64,000 bases of DNA from Macrostomum lignano. Taxonomy: Eukaryota. The translations under genes were made by a program, and so were the position numbers. Where the stretch lies: NCBI GenBank assembly GCA_002269645.1, contig NIVC01002734.1, positions 62,001-126,000 of the forward strand. Reading direction: 5' to 3'. The notes below the pieces were generated by a model. That model was not told the origin of the DNA. It did no database searches and saw only the letters and a program-made list of their open reading frames with translations. This document shows, one piece after another, positions 46,000-58,600 of the stretch (within the stretch, counting starts at the first letter, position 1; every line of letters begins with the position of its first letter).

Positions 46000-47661
46000 T
46001 CAGTGAGGTCCATTTATTTCACTAACCGCCTTCAGTAGATCATCCGCCGAGCGGTTGCCACGCCTGAATTCTCTCCAGTATTTGAAGTACTGGGCCTGCA
46101 TGCTTCGGTATCTGTTGCGCTGTACGCGGCGCATTACTCCTTGGGAGAGGAGGTGCACCTCTACGGGGATCATTCGCGCTTCATTGAATAGGAGCTTGAT
46201 GAGCAGGTAGAATTGGATGTTTCCTCGCTGGGCTCTGTAGTTTAGAGCGCGATGCCAGCTCTCTAAGTCGTTTTTTTCATTTTTTCATAACTTCACCTGT
46301 CTGTATAAGGAGATGTCATGGACGTTCCAGATGGAGCTGGTGATCCACGTCACTTGGACATAGTCGCACAGGGCAGACAGGAGAGGTGTTAGAGTAGTCT
46401 CAACGCGGAGACGGTAAAATGTCATCGCGATATGCTGAGGTGGCAGGAAGGGGAGCGCCATCAGCTTTCGGCAGAATCGCTGAGTTCCATCATCGTCACA
46501 GTATGCTGGCTGCAAGCCTAGCTGCTGAATGTGACGCCAAACAGCCTGCGTGTAGTGGAAGACACATCCGCGAATAGATGCTTGTGGGAAGACAGTTCGG
46601 ATGGCTCTCCAAACTGCAGCCTCAAAGTCAACGACAAAGCCCTCTGGTTTCGCGTGCGGGACGATGGCCTTAAGTGCCTTGCATGTATACATGTAGGAAG
46701 GAATTATGACAATGGTTAGCTTTTACTTCTCATTCTTTTCATTCTACATGTACATGTATACATGTAATTTTCTTACCTCAAGTACTTGCTGGTAATCTTC
46801 GCGGCTTTTTCCAGACATGAATACAAAGGCAAGTGGGACTTGTTTCATGCTGTCTCCATTAGAGATGAACGCGTGAATCGAATAAAGCTGCTGAAATGGC
46901 TGTTGGATGACATTGAAAGTGCCATCCATATACCACCATGTGGCTCGTATCAACAGCGATAGCATGTCATCTGTAGCGAAGATGATGTGGCGACGGCCAT
47001 TCACATGAATGTCGCTACGGAGAAAGTTGTTGGGAATGGCATTCATGTCAATGTCAAAGTCGATTGTGTCTGGCTCCTCTGGACGGTCTTTGCGCCGGTC
47101 TCGATTGGCAGCCTGTGCAAGGTTGTCAGGATTTGGCATTCTCGGACCACTCTGAAAGTCGTTGAGCACTTGCAGCAGCTCTTCTCGTGCAATTTGAGGC
47201 GCTGACTGAAACAGTTTTTGTCGCGCCTGAGTTTTAACACGCTGTTTCAACTTCCTCTCTGCTGGTCTATGAAGTGGAGGATGGTTGTGGTGACTGTGGC
47301 CTTTGGTGAAGGTGTCACCCTTTTGAACCACTGTGGCGCCACAGTGTGCTTTGCACTGCGAGCATCGCCAGTATGTGTTGTTGCCACGAGTCCGTGACAC
47401 ACCAAAGCTGTACTGACCATCCACGATTAATACATCTTTCTTCTTGTTTGAGCCATCACGAATCAGTTCAAAATCTGCAATCTCCCGTGCTGTGATCTCC
47501 CGAGGAGCTGGATCTCGAATGCTTATGCCAGTGTCCGTTGGCACACCATCCTGACTGACATCATTTCCATCCACATGGGGCAAGTAAGGACGACTGCAAA
47601 GCACATATTGGCATTGCACTGAATTTGGTTTCACCATTATATAGAGCTGAGACAAATCCAT
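46000..47661 (-). pseudogene. Mutator-like (MULE) transposase with FLYWCH-type zinc finger; intron 46776-46678; in-frame TGA at 46287-46285
   Basis: FLYWCH-like YWRCSQCKAHC...HNH and MULE catalytic motifs YMDGTF, VVDFE, GCVFHY and NDLESWH. The ORF reads YRQVKL*KNEKNDLESWH and ends ...EINGPH* at 46000. The 5' end is uncertain. Confidence 0.88.
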
Positions 47662-48873
47662 GCTATAAAAAACGATTTATTATTAGTGAGCTTTTCAATT
47701 CATTTGCATGTACCTTTTTAGAAAATAAAGACCGCGCGTGTCTCTATATGGCTGGTAATCTCAGGCCTCGCCGAACGATTATCACGGTTGAAAATCTTGT
47801 CCAGCTTCCTGTTGACACAGAGAACGCCAGTTAGTTTATCATCAAGATCATTGCTAAAGTCGAACGGTGCCGACGATGAGTTTATCGTTCAGAGAGGTCC
47901 CCGAGGTGTACCATATGTCCAATAAACCATTGCTTATATGGAAAAGCTCTTGCACATGAATCGCTATAGGCCGTAGTTCTGCTCATGTCTTGCTTAGACA
48001 TTTATGTATCGGAATGGCTTCAAGAAAATTTTGTTTACCTGGGTAATATCGAGACCATGATCATGTCAAAAAACGTTCGCAATTGACGCACGTGCTGGGG
48101 GGCTATACTTTGGTGCTAGGATGTTATTTCAACCCATTTGAATACATGAATTTTGGACGCACAAGGGCAAATACATTAGGAAGGATAACAGCAGATAAAC
48201 TGGAGAGTATAAGTCACTTACCTTACAGTCGCCATGACTAGGACTATGCTAAGAGTCACACTGAAACTAGCAAATACAATGCAAATAGGACAAGTGTTTC
48301 TGATGATGAAGATCGCAAACCTGACTCTACAGCATGACAAACAATTAAGCTAATTGGTTTGAGAAAAAATTTCTCATTGGAACAAAATTCTGAGTAAATT
48401 TAGTAGCAAGATTACACTCTGGCGACTGTTGTCTGTGGAATAGGCATGACTGCTGCCTCCTACTGTATGGATAACATTTTGCTACACTGCATGATGATTG
48501 AACAGAGAAAGTAAGCATTTGATAATCCGAACTACGATGTGCTACTAAGTCAGATTATATAATTGGGTAGCTCGTAGAGGCGTGAGTTGGATGCCCCACT
48601 GAGAATGAGGCGCGACTTATAACACCGGGAATGTTACAGGGAGAGAAAGGCCGGTTAGCCTTGCAAAGTGTGTTTGAATATCTTTTTGATGCATAAAAAC
48701 TTTCGGCCCACTTCCCACTTCCGGCTGTGAGCTGGTAGTACAGGGATGATCATCCCATTTTCAAGATCGTATATTTCAGTTGTCGCTAAGTGACAAAACA
48801 ACACATCCTAAATACGCAAACTTGTTCCCAGCTAAATTAATTGTTTCCTAAGATTTCATTTCTTGTTTATCTT

Positions 48874-49578
48874 TCAGTACTTCTTGACGAACTTGGCCCA
48901 GCTCGGATCGGTCTCGATGGCGTCGCCGACGCTCGAGTCAGCGAAGTCCAGCATGCGGCAGTCACCGCTGGCCCGGTTGAACAGGACGGCCCGGCACTCC
49001 CAGCGCTGCACGCAGAGCCACAGGCAGTGAAACTCCGAGCTCACCGAGGCGTCAGTGTAGCAGTAGACAGGGCTGATGTTGCCCAGCTTCAGGAACTCCT
49101 CTCGTCGAAGGTACTCGCTGTTGGGCGTCGCGATCGGCTGGCAGACGAATCTTTTGCTCGAATTCGGGCGTCTGTCTCGCAAGCCTGCCTTGGTGACCCC
49201 TACAAAGTCATCGTCTATCGAACCGCTGTTTGGCATGTCAGTCTTCCAGTCGCTGTCATTCAAAGTCGGAAACAGCGAGCCGTTGGTGAATCTCCAGCCA
49301 CTGCGAGACGTGCCCGCCTCAACCAGGAGGTCCGTCACTCCGATGTAGTAATAATCAAGCCAATGATTGACGGCTCGGATGGCAGTCAGGTCCATCAGCA
49401 GCTCTCCGCCGATTCCCAGGCACAGTCTGGCTGCGTCGCACCAGCTGGAAACGCTGAGGTTGTAGCCGGGGTACACGCAGCTGCCCAGCCTGTCGATGAA
49501 CGGAGCGACGCAGGCGCCAGAGTCAAGAGCTGCCAGTCCCGCAAACAGCGTCATCTTGAGCAGCAGTTTCGGTAGCAT
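48874..49578 (-). CDS. Secreted C-type lectin-like domain plus PAN/apple domain protein, 234 aa, single exon
   Basis: Hydrophobic N-terminus; CTLD pattern (C..., SWCDAARLC, YYIGVTD, WRFTNG, KRFVCQ); C-terminal PAN pattern (HCLWLC...CRAVLFN...GDCRM). Confidence 0.8.
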   Translation of the reverse strand: MLPKLLLKMTLFAGLAALDSGACVAPFIDRLGSCVYPGYNLSVSSWCDAARLCLGIGGELLMDLTAIRAVNHWLDYYYIGVTDLLVEAGTSRSGWRFTNGSLFPTLNDSDWKTDMPNSGSIDDDFVGVTKAGLRDRRPNSSKRFVCQPIATPNSEYLRREEFLKLGNISPVYCYTDASVSSEFHCLWLCVQRWECRAVLFNRASGDCRMLDFADSSVGDAIETDPSWAKFVKKY

Positions 49579-49893
49579 CAGCGAGTCTCAAGTCGGTGTA
49601 GCGTGGAGCAGCTTAATTTGTGAGCAAGTTGAAATTTTCTAAGTTGCCAACTGAAGGTATTTCTGCAAAATTTGAGCCCTATAAATCTATAGCTTAGTCT
49701 GTACCGCCTGCATTTATAGAGAGCTGCAGCAGCCAATGACTCGTAGCCAACCAACCGTCGATCCAGTGCAGCAGCGCCGACTTCGGAGACTGGCTTTGAA
49801 CGATGCAAATAGCTTCCACAGCATACTCACCTCTACACGTACGAGCGTTGCTATGATGAAAAAGTAGAGAAATTGAAATTTTATAGGAGACTA

Positions 49894-52190
49894 CTAATAA
49901 TAATAATAATAGTTACACCCCACGCCAGCCACGGGAGTGGCCAAGAGGGGGGAGCGTCAAATCGCACGTTTCAGAGCTAGGGTCTCTAACGTGCTTCACA
50001 CCGGCCGCCTGGCTGGGTGTTCGCGCATCTTCAAAAAGGCGGTCGACGTAGCGGGCTGATCGCCCTGGCCACGCCTGCGCGGTCCCTGCGGGGTCCACAG
50101 CAGGACGTCCTGCAGCGGCTCTGGGCAGTAGGCTTCGGCCCGGGTGACATGTCCGGCAAGCCGCGGGCGCCGCTGACTCAGCAGGGCAGAAGGCCGCGTC
50201 AGGCCTGTGCGCTTGTACATGGACTCGGTTGTCTCGCTGCCAGGGCCGCGGCGGGCGCCGAAAGCGGCGCGAACTAGGGCCGCATGTGCCGCGTCAAGCT
50301 GCGCCTCAAGCGCCCCGGTCAGCGTCCAGGTCCCAGAATTGTACAGCAGGGCGGTCTTAACAACCGCCTGGAACAGCTGGGACCTGGCGCCGTCGGACAG
50401 GGCCTCGGAGAGCAGCACCGCCCGCACAGATCGGAAGGCAGCCCAGGCCTTGCCGCGCCGTCTGGCCAGGTCGTCGCCGACGTCAGGCACCAGTCCGCCG
50501 AGGTAGACGAACTGAAGGCACTTCGGGAGCGCCATCCTGGGGCCGTCACCGTCTCGAAGTCTAATCTCGGCGGGTAGTAGCAGCGGCACCGTCAGCACCT
50601 CGGTCTTCCTGGCGTTGATGACGAGACCGACTCTCGCCGCCGCCGCAGTCAGGCTGTCCAGCAGCCGTTGGGCGCCTTCGGCCGTCGAAGATAGCAGGGC
50701 GAGGTCGTCCGCGTAGCCGAGGACAGACAGTTTCTTCTCCGGGTGCCTTCTACTGGTGCGCCTTTGCAGCAGAAAGCCGTCCTCTGTTGTCGGCAGGCCG
50801 GTTCTGAGCACCCAGTCCATCACCAGCACGAAGAGAAAGGGCGCCAGAGTGTCACCCTGTAGCACTCCGGAGGTCGTGCTAAACAGGTACGACGGTCCGT
50901 CTGGCGTCGCTACCGCGGCGGTGGTGTCCTGATACAGCGCCATGATGGCGGAGATCAGCTGCTGCGGTACGTTGTAGGCACGGAGCACGTGAGGCAGCGC
51001 GCCGCGCGCCACCGAGTCGAAGGCCTTGAGGAAGTCAACAAAGATGACGATAAGGCTTGACTGGTGGATGCGCGCCTCCTCGATGATGCGGCGGAGGGCC
51101 AGGATCTGCGTCACCGTACCGCGATGGGGGCGGAACCCGTTCTGCTCGTACCGCAGGAACGAGTCCAGCACGGGCTGTAACCGTGCTAATAGCACCCGGT
51201 TGAACAGCTTCGCGGTACAGGACATGAGCGAGATTCCACGATGCTCCTCCTTCCGTGTAGTGCCCGGCTTCTTCGGGATGCCGACGATGTTAGCCTGGTC
51301 CACTCGCGGGGCGCGGGCCTCCCGCCAGGACGCCGTTCATCACGCGGGCCACCTCAGTGGCAACCCTTGTGACTCGCAGCGCCTCGACGGGGACCTCGTC
51401 CGGGCCGGGGGCGCGGCCTCCCGGAGCCCTGCGGGCGAATTCCACGACGTCGGTGCTGGTCACAGGACGGGTGTCGAAGTCCTCCTGCCGCGGCAGCGCC
51501 ACCTCGGGGGGCAGCGGCATCTCGTTCGGCAGAGTCGGCGGCGGCGCGTTGACAATGGCGGCGAAGAAGGTGCGCAGCTCGTTTCTGCGCTCTTCGGCCG
51601 TGTCGCCAGCCAGGTTGAGCGCCGTCTTCTTTTTGCGACCGGTTAGGGCGTTCACGACCGGCCAGACGACCTTGTTCTGCCGTTCAGGCCCGACTTAGGC
51701 GACTGCCCTGATTGCATCGTCAACAGCGGCTTGTTGTCGACTAGCGTAGGCGTCTGCCAGGGCTTTCACGGCATCGGATGATCGGATGTCGGTCGCCTGG
51801 CTCGTCGCAGCTGCTGGACTGTGCGGCGGGCTTCCTGTGCCTCCGGGTCGCTCGCCCAAACCGGAAGTTGCCGTGACGCGGGCTCCATAAGTGGCAGAGT
51901 TTTGGCAACGGCAGTGGTGATGGCTGAGCTGATGGTGGTGTAGTCTGGCGCCTGCGCGGATCCCAGGGCAGTCGTGAAGGTGTACGCAAAGTTGCTGCGG
52001 GTACCGGGGTCTTGCAAGGCGCGGAAAAGTCTTCTCCTAGGGTGTTTTGGTGGCCTGTACAGCGGGTCAGAGAGCCTCAGGTCGCAGTAGAGAAGGCGAT
52101 GGTCGGACCGGAGAGCCAGGGGTTCCACTGTGTCACAGTTCTGCAGCCGACTGCGTTCGCGGTGTCGAACCAGCACGTGGTCAAACTCTA
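49894..52190 (-). mobile_element. 5'-truncated RTE-like LINE (endonuclease C-terminus plus RT), frameshifted
   Basis: RT motifs QNGFRP, FVDFxKAFDSV, GVLQGDTLAPFLF and GYADD; endonuclease end FDHVLV...SDH; (ATT)n 3' tail; 9-bp TSD AGGAGACTA (49885-49893 and 52191-52199). Confidence 0.93.
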
Positions 52191-53274
52191 AGGAGACTAA
52201 CAAAATAAATACAGCAAGTCCAGATAAGAGCGAAGTATTAAAACATCTCAAAAGAAGGGGGTCGTAGCCCAGTGGTCCTGCGCGGCGCTCTGATGTGCCA
52301 GCGGCCCAGGCTCGATTCCAAGTGCAGTCACATTAATTTGGGGCTAAATTGGAATCTCGGCTTGGCTCTGCTCGTGCAATTAGCGCCTTTGAGGCCCAAC
52401 ACCCAAGGCACAGTGAAGTGTACATGCCTAACGATAAAGTTAGGGCCGCTGTACACTCCTGTGTGAGTGTGTGCCTGTGCGTATGACTGCGTACGTATCC
52501 GCGCGCTTGTGTGCCTGCTCAGGGGAGTCGACGGAATGGGCAGTAATGCCCCTCGCCGGTTGTGTGACAATGTCGCTTAAAGTGCACAAAGGTGCACACA
52601 GCCCCTTGCCTCTAACTAAAAAAATTCTACATGGCAAAGTTCGAAGTACAACAGCCAAGTTCTAATGCAAGACACAAATAGTGTTAGCCAAACAGCAGCC
52701 CATGCAGTTTCCAGCTTTAGAGGGCCCGATCAATGACCGAGCAGCACGTTCGATGCCGTGCGGTACATTGACTCGAATTCGCTAGGGTAAAATTCGGGCT
52801 GCCGCCCCTTTGGTGACGCCACCATCCGATAGCGCACTCAAGATGGCTCCTCCTTCTGCAGTTGCCCCGCGATTTTAAAATCTTGCTTTCTACTCTAGTT
52901 TATCTGTCAATTGTCAGATGCCATGGAGTGCCACTTTAAAACTGTGGGTGGTTCACGAGTAGCTCATATCGTTAATTCAGCCAAAATTCAGACGAAGCTC
53001 AAGTGGAGAAGCAAATACTCAGTCAAATTTTCTGTGTGGTGCTTCAACAGAGAAATATTTTTGTCGCACAGAGTCAACAAGAATTGCTAGCTTAAAAGAC
53101 AGTTGCACCATCCTTGAAAATCGACTAAGGGACGCCAGGTAAAAAAGGGGGTACCAGCTACAGAGGGGGGCACAGAGGGAGCGGTGCTAATATTGCGAGT
53201 AGTATAGTATGTGTTTTTTGCGACAATGCATCCAAAAACGATCTTAATTTGCACGATAAATACTCATGTCAACC

Positions 53275-54040
53275 GAAAAGAAGCGTCATGTCAAACATAA
53301 AAGAAGCGTCATGTCAAACATAAAAGAAGCGTCATGTCAAACATAAAAGAAGCGTCGTCAAACATAAAAGAAGCGTCATGTCAAACATAAAAGAAGCGTC
53401 GTCAAACATAAAAGAAGCGTCATGTCAAGCATAAAAGAAGCGTCATGTCAAACATAAAAGAAGCGTCATGTCAAACATAAAAGAAGCGTCGTCAAACATA
53501 AAAGAAGCGTCATGTCAAGCATAAAAGAAGCGTCATGTCAAACATAAAAGAAGCGTCATGTCAAACATAAAAGAAGCGTCATGTCAAACATAAAAGAAGC
53601 GTCGTCAAACGTAAAAGAAGCGTCATGTCAAACATAAAAGAAACATCATGTCAAACATAAAAGAAGCGTCGTCAAACATAAAAGAAGCGTCATGTCAAAC
53701 ATAAAAGAAGCGTCGTCAAACGTAAAAGAAGCGTCATGTCAAAAATAAAAGAAGCGTCGTCAAACATAAAGAAGCGTCGTCAAACATAAAAGAAGCGTCA
53801 TGTCAAACATAAAAGAAGCGTCGTCAAACGTAAAAGAAGCGTCATGTCAAAAATAAAAGAAGCGTCGTCAAACATAAAGAAGCGTCGTCAAACATAAAAG
53901 AAGCGTCGTCAAACATAAAAGAAGCGTCATGTCAAACGTAAAAGAAGCGTCATGTCAAACGTAAAAGATGCGTCATGCCAAACATAAAAGAAGCGTCATG
54001 TCAATAAAAAAAGAAGCGTCATGTCAATCAAAAAAGAATT
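53275..54040. repeat. 23/20-bp tandem array (AAACATAAAAGAAGCGTCATGTC)n within a dispersed repeat
   Basis: Visible array; same family as the repeat at 10.1-10.6 kb. Confidence 0.95.
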
Positions 54041-55689
54041 GCGTCGATCATGTCATCCATAAAAGCTCACGGGGGATTGCTGAGATGTCAAGGCTGAGGT
54101 CAAAAACTATATGTAGTTTATTCAAAAATTTGTATTCCATTCTTTATCGGCTCCCCTACGGAGAGCACTGATTTCTTGTAGTAGCTAACTAAATATATTA
54201 ATTTAACGAATATAATTCTTTAATCATGCATAAACGAGTGGTAATAATAGCCACTCCGTGATTGAAATTACCCCGTGTTAGTTCGTATCGATCTTTTGAT
54301 TTCTGATTCTTACAATGTACGTCGCTTTGACTTTGTAGGTCTTAGTCTGATTTCAGTTCTTAGTCTATGGTGAATTGCAACGCACCAAGTCGGACGGAGT
54401 ACGATCGTAAAAACCAAAATAGAAAGCAATAAGATATCTCCGCTTGCCGTGGGTGTAAGTCACTCATGCTTTCAATTGTTTGCCTGAGAAGTTTTTTGAA
54501 AATCACATAGCAAATCCACATTTGTCTAGCAGAGAAGTACGAGTATATCGTATAAGAAATCTGTCGCGTTAGACTTAGGCCGGGGCAAGTGGGGTTACAT
54601 TGTCCAGCCAGGTTTTCAGCTCATTGTCATCTACGAATGCTTTTTTCTTCTGGGCATTGTTCAGGGATACGAAAGGTGATAATCCGTTGGCGCTATGTAT
54701 GGTCAGTGTGTCACGCCGTATTTCCTCGGCGCAGATCTAGAAGTTTGTTGACCAACCATTTTGCAGTTGTTTGGCAGACAGCTCAGCATGGCGGCAGGGG
54801 AAGTCCACCAAATGCAAAGAATGACAGGGCCAATGGACTTCAGCCGATCTGTTGTATGACGATACGAGAGCAACGAAGTTGCCCTGACAACATGCCAGTT
54901 CCGGTCAAATTCAGGCAGCTGGTGGGCCACCCATTGATCCAAGCTCGGACACCAATTGCCTATTGTTTGCAATTGTGTTGTGCTGCGAGCTCTCGTGGTC
55001 ATCGACCTCGGAAGGTGGTCCAGTTACCAGTAACAGTCTCGATATTCAAGACCCTCATCTCGAGAGAGGAGTGACGGCAGGGAGTGACAGCATAAAAAGT
55101 CATGATTAGTTAGTTTGTCTGCTTTTCACCTTTCCTTGGTTGCCATGGCAATAGTTTCCCAAGTCTGAGGTCTATTAGTACTGCAGCGGTAATGTAATTA
55201 TCGAGGTAAATTTCCTAAATTGATCATTAATAACTGCATGTCTCCCACCGCGCAGCTCTTAATTTCTTACCTATTGTTAATTTTTATTTATTAATTAATG
55301 GCCCCGTAATAATAATAGACTTGATTGGCAAGATAGGGAAACTATGTGTGGCAATCAAGCCTGCACACATGTATACAATGTGCATCGTTGATTAACTACC
55401 GTGTGTGGCTATTGTATCTGAATAAACATAGCTGCTCAAGTCTGCAAAAGCGTGTGTTTGCGTTGCCATTGACAACCAGAGAGGCAAACACAAGCAGTAG
55501 GGAGCAAGGTGAAATCCGCTAGCCGCTAAGCAATTATTTTAATGCATTCTCAGCTATGCGTGCCAATGGCCTTGGCCTTGCAGCCACTGTATCCAATTGG
55601 TAGAAAACAGTAACTAACCAATACCTTTGGAATAAAAGTAGCGAACAGACTGACTGACTCGCGAGTTTTTGCTTTCCATTTCTCTAACA

Positions 55690-58600
55690 ATGAGCAAAAG
55701 CCAGGTTCGACCATCTGGGAGCGGCTCCAACCAGCTGCGGACCGTCCAGCTGCCTCTGCAGCCTCATCATCTTGAGAAGATTACCAGTCAGCTTCAAAAT
55801 CCACTGGCTTCGACGAGTGCCGCCAATCTGAACTCAAATGTGGTCATCGATGTTCAGCAGCAGGTTGCCAACCTGTACCCGTGGGAGATGACCAAACATG
55901 TGAGCCATTGGTTTGATTGGGGACTCAGGAAGCCAAAAAGTTGCATCTCAAAAAACGCTAGCTAAAATTAGTTTTCAAAGGTGCCAAAGTCTTGCGAAAC
56001 GCGTGCAGAGAAGCGGGCGCAGAACAGAGGCCACCATTCATTTAGGGTTCATAGAGAGAGCCAGGGCCGCTGAACACCCTGTGCGAGCGTGTGTCAGCGC
56101 TCAGGATTCAGCAGAACGGATGTGACTGTTCGATTTTCATCCAGCGTCTGAAGGCACTAGCAAACTGACTAATCTGCAGTCACACCATTGGATTTCAAAC
56201 CCTCTCAGAACTCAAAGCCGCCCCTCTCGCCCCCGCAGTTTCACCACGCGGTTCGCGAAGGCGACGCGCAGTTCGTCCGGGCGGCCGTCCTCGCCAAGCC
56301 GTCGCTGATCGACAGCTTGGACGAGCGGCTCGCATGCGCCCTGAGCTACGCCATCAAGTACCGCCGTCTGGAGGTTCTGCAGCTGCTCATTCGGAAAGGC
56401 GCTGCGCTGAACCTTCGCGGCCAAGAGGGCACCCGGCCGATCCACGCGGCTGCAACCTTCAACGTCGAGGAGGCGATGCAGCTGCTGCTGCGGCAGAAGG
56501 GCATCAAAATTGACGTTACTGACGACAAGGGGCAGACGGCCCTGCATGTGGCGTGCCGGAGGAGCCACGTGCAGATCGCCAGAGTGAGGGGTTGCTGATG
56601 ACCTGCAGCCCTGACACCCTCAGCCCTGACACTCTCAGCCCTGACACCCTCAGCCCTGATACCCTCTCAGCCCTGACACCCTCAACCCTGACGCATAGCA
56701 CTGACACCCCTCAGACCTGACACCCCTCAGCCCTGACACAAGTCAGCTCCTGACACAACTCAGCTCCTGACACAACTCAGCTCCTGACACCCTCAGCCAT
56801 GACACCCCTCAGCACTGACACCCTTCAGCCCTGACACCACCGCCTCTGACACTCTCAGCCCTGACACACCTCAGCCCTGACACCCCTCAGCCCTGACACC
56901 CCAGAGTGGGCCCTGCAAACAATCCGAATGCCACAAACAAAACACGCCCTGACCGCAGCTGCTGCTTGAGTTCGGCGCCGATGTGCTCAAACAGGAGAAG
57001 GACGGCGTGTCTGCACTGCACCAGCCAGCTCGGAATGGCAGCTTGGAGCTGTGCGAACTTCTGGTGCGCGTTGAATTTTAAATCCCTACTAGTATGCTAT
57101 TAGTAAAACTATGAAGTGTCTGCGTCTAAGTAATCATTTCATTTCTCATAGTTGTCAAGCGGCGCTAACGTAGACACGACCGATAACAACGGCCTGACTC
57201 CGGTCATGGTTGCCTCCATAGAGGGTCGTCTGCCAATACTGAAACGGCTTCTTCAGCATTCTACTGAGAAGAGTGAGCTCTCTAGTAGTCTGTTATTTTG
57301 AGCAGTGTAAATAGCTCCCTGGCTGTGTTGAACCAACAGCAACTTGCGATTTTCAGATGAAAAGGCCCGGGGCAGCCAAGCCGGAAAGATGCTGCTGTTG
57401 GAACTGCGGGATAATGACGGATCGACAGCACTGCATCATGCGACTCAGAATCGCCAGGTTGAGGCGAGTGAAGATGGAGGCAGCTGGGAGGAATTGCTTG
57501 GGCACTGCATGGATACGGAGTCTTTAAAGAGAAGCATGACTTCTGGCCACGAGAGAAGAGAGTAGAGACTGAGAGAGAAGAGAGCAGGAGAGAAGAGAGC
57601 GAGAAAGGAGAGAGCGGGAAAAGAGAGAGCGGGAGAGGAGAGAGGGGAAGATAAGAGAGCGGGAAAGAAGAGAGCAAGAGAAAAGAGTAAAGACTAACTA
57701 TAGAATGATGATGAGAATAATTCATTTCTTATCTGTAGATTCTTGCCCATTTGCTGGAAGCCGGAGCGAACGCCAATGCCAAGAGGGTTAGTTTATTTCG
57801 AGTGCAACATTAACTAAAGAGTGCAGACTCCACCGTCTGCAGCGTTAGCTAATTGCTGAAAAAAAATCAATTCAATAATTAAACCAGAATGACGGCAACA
57901 CGCCGCTGCACATAGCCGCATCGCTGGGCTACCAAGACGTGGTCGAGATTCTCCTGTCGAATGGCGCAAATCCGTGCGCTTTGGACAAGAAGAAGCGAAC
58001 GCCGCTGCATGAGTGAGCGCGATTTGTGATATTTTTTGCTGTTGCTAACTTTATGGATCCATCGAAGTATCGATTCATGAATTTGGCGCCTCTGATGTCT
58101 GTTTTGTGGCGTCTCTGACGCTTGTTTGTGACGTCTCTGATGCCTGTTTTGTGGCGTCTCTGATGCCTGTTTTGTGACGTCTCTGATGCCTGTTTTGTGA
58201 CGTCTCTGATGCCTGTATTATGACGCTTCTGATGCCTGTTTTGTGACGTCTCTGATGCCTGTTTTGTGACGTCTCTGATGCCTGTTTTGTGACGTCTCTG
58301 ATGCCTGTTTTGTGGCGTCTCCGATGCCTGTTTTGTGACGTCTCTGATGCCTGTTTTGTGACGTCTCTGATGCCTGTTTTGTGACGTCTCTGATGCCTGT
58401 TTTGTGGCGTCTCTGATGCCTGTTTTGTGGCGTCTCTGATGCCTGTTTTGTGACGTCTCTGATGCCTGTTTTGTGACGTCTCTGATGCCTGTTTTGTGAC
58501 GTCTCTGATGCCTGTTTTGTGGCGTCTCTAATGTCTGTATTATGACGCTTCTGATGCTTGTTTTGTGACCTCTCTGACGCTTGTTTGTGACGTCTCTGAT

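Noticed and set aside
54589-55074. Overlapping 161-aa and 99-aa ORFs upstream of the TRPA gene
   Set aside because: No recognisable motifs, non-ATG start for the longer ORF; probably decayed TE or non-coding DNA.
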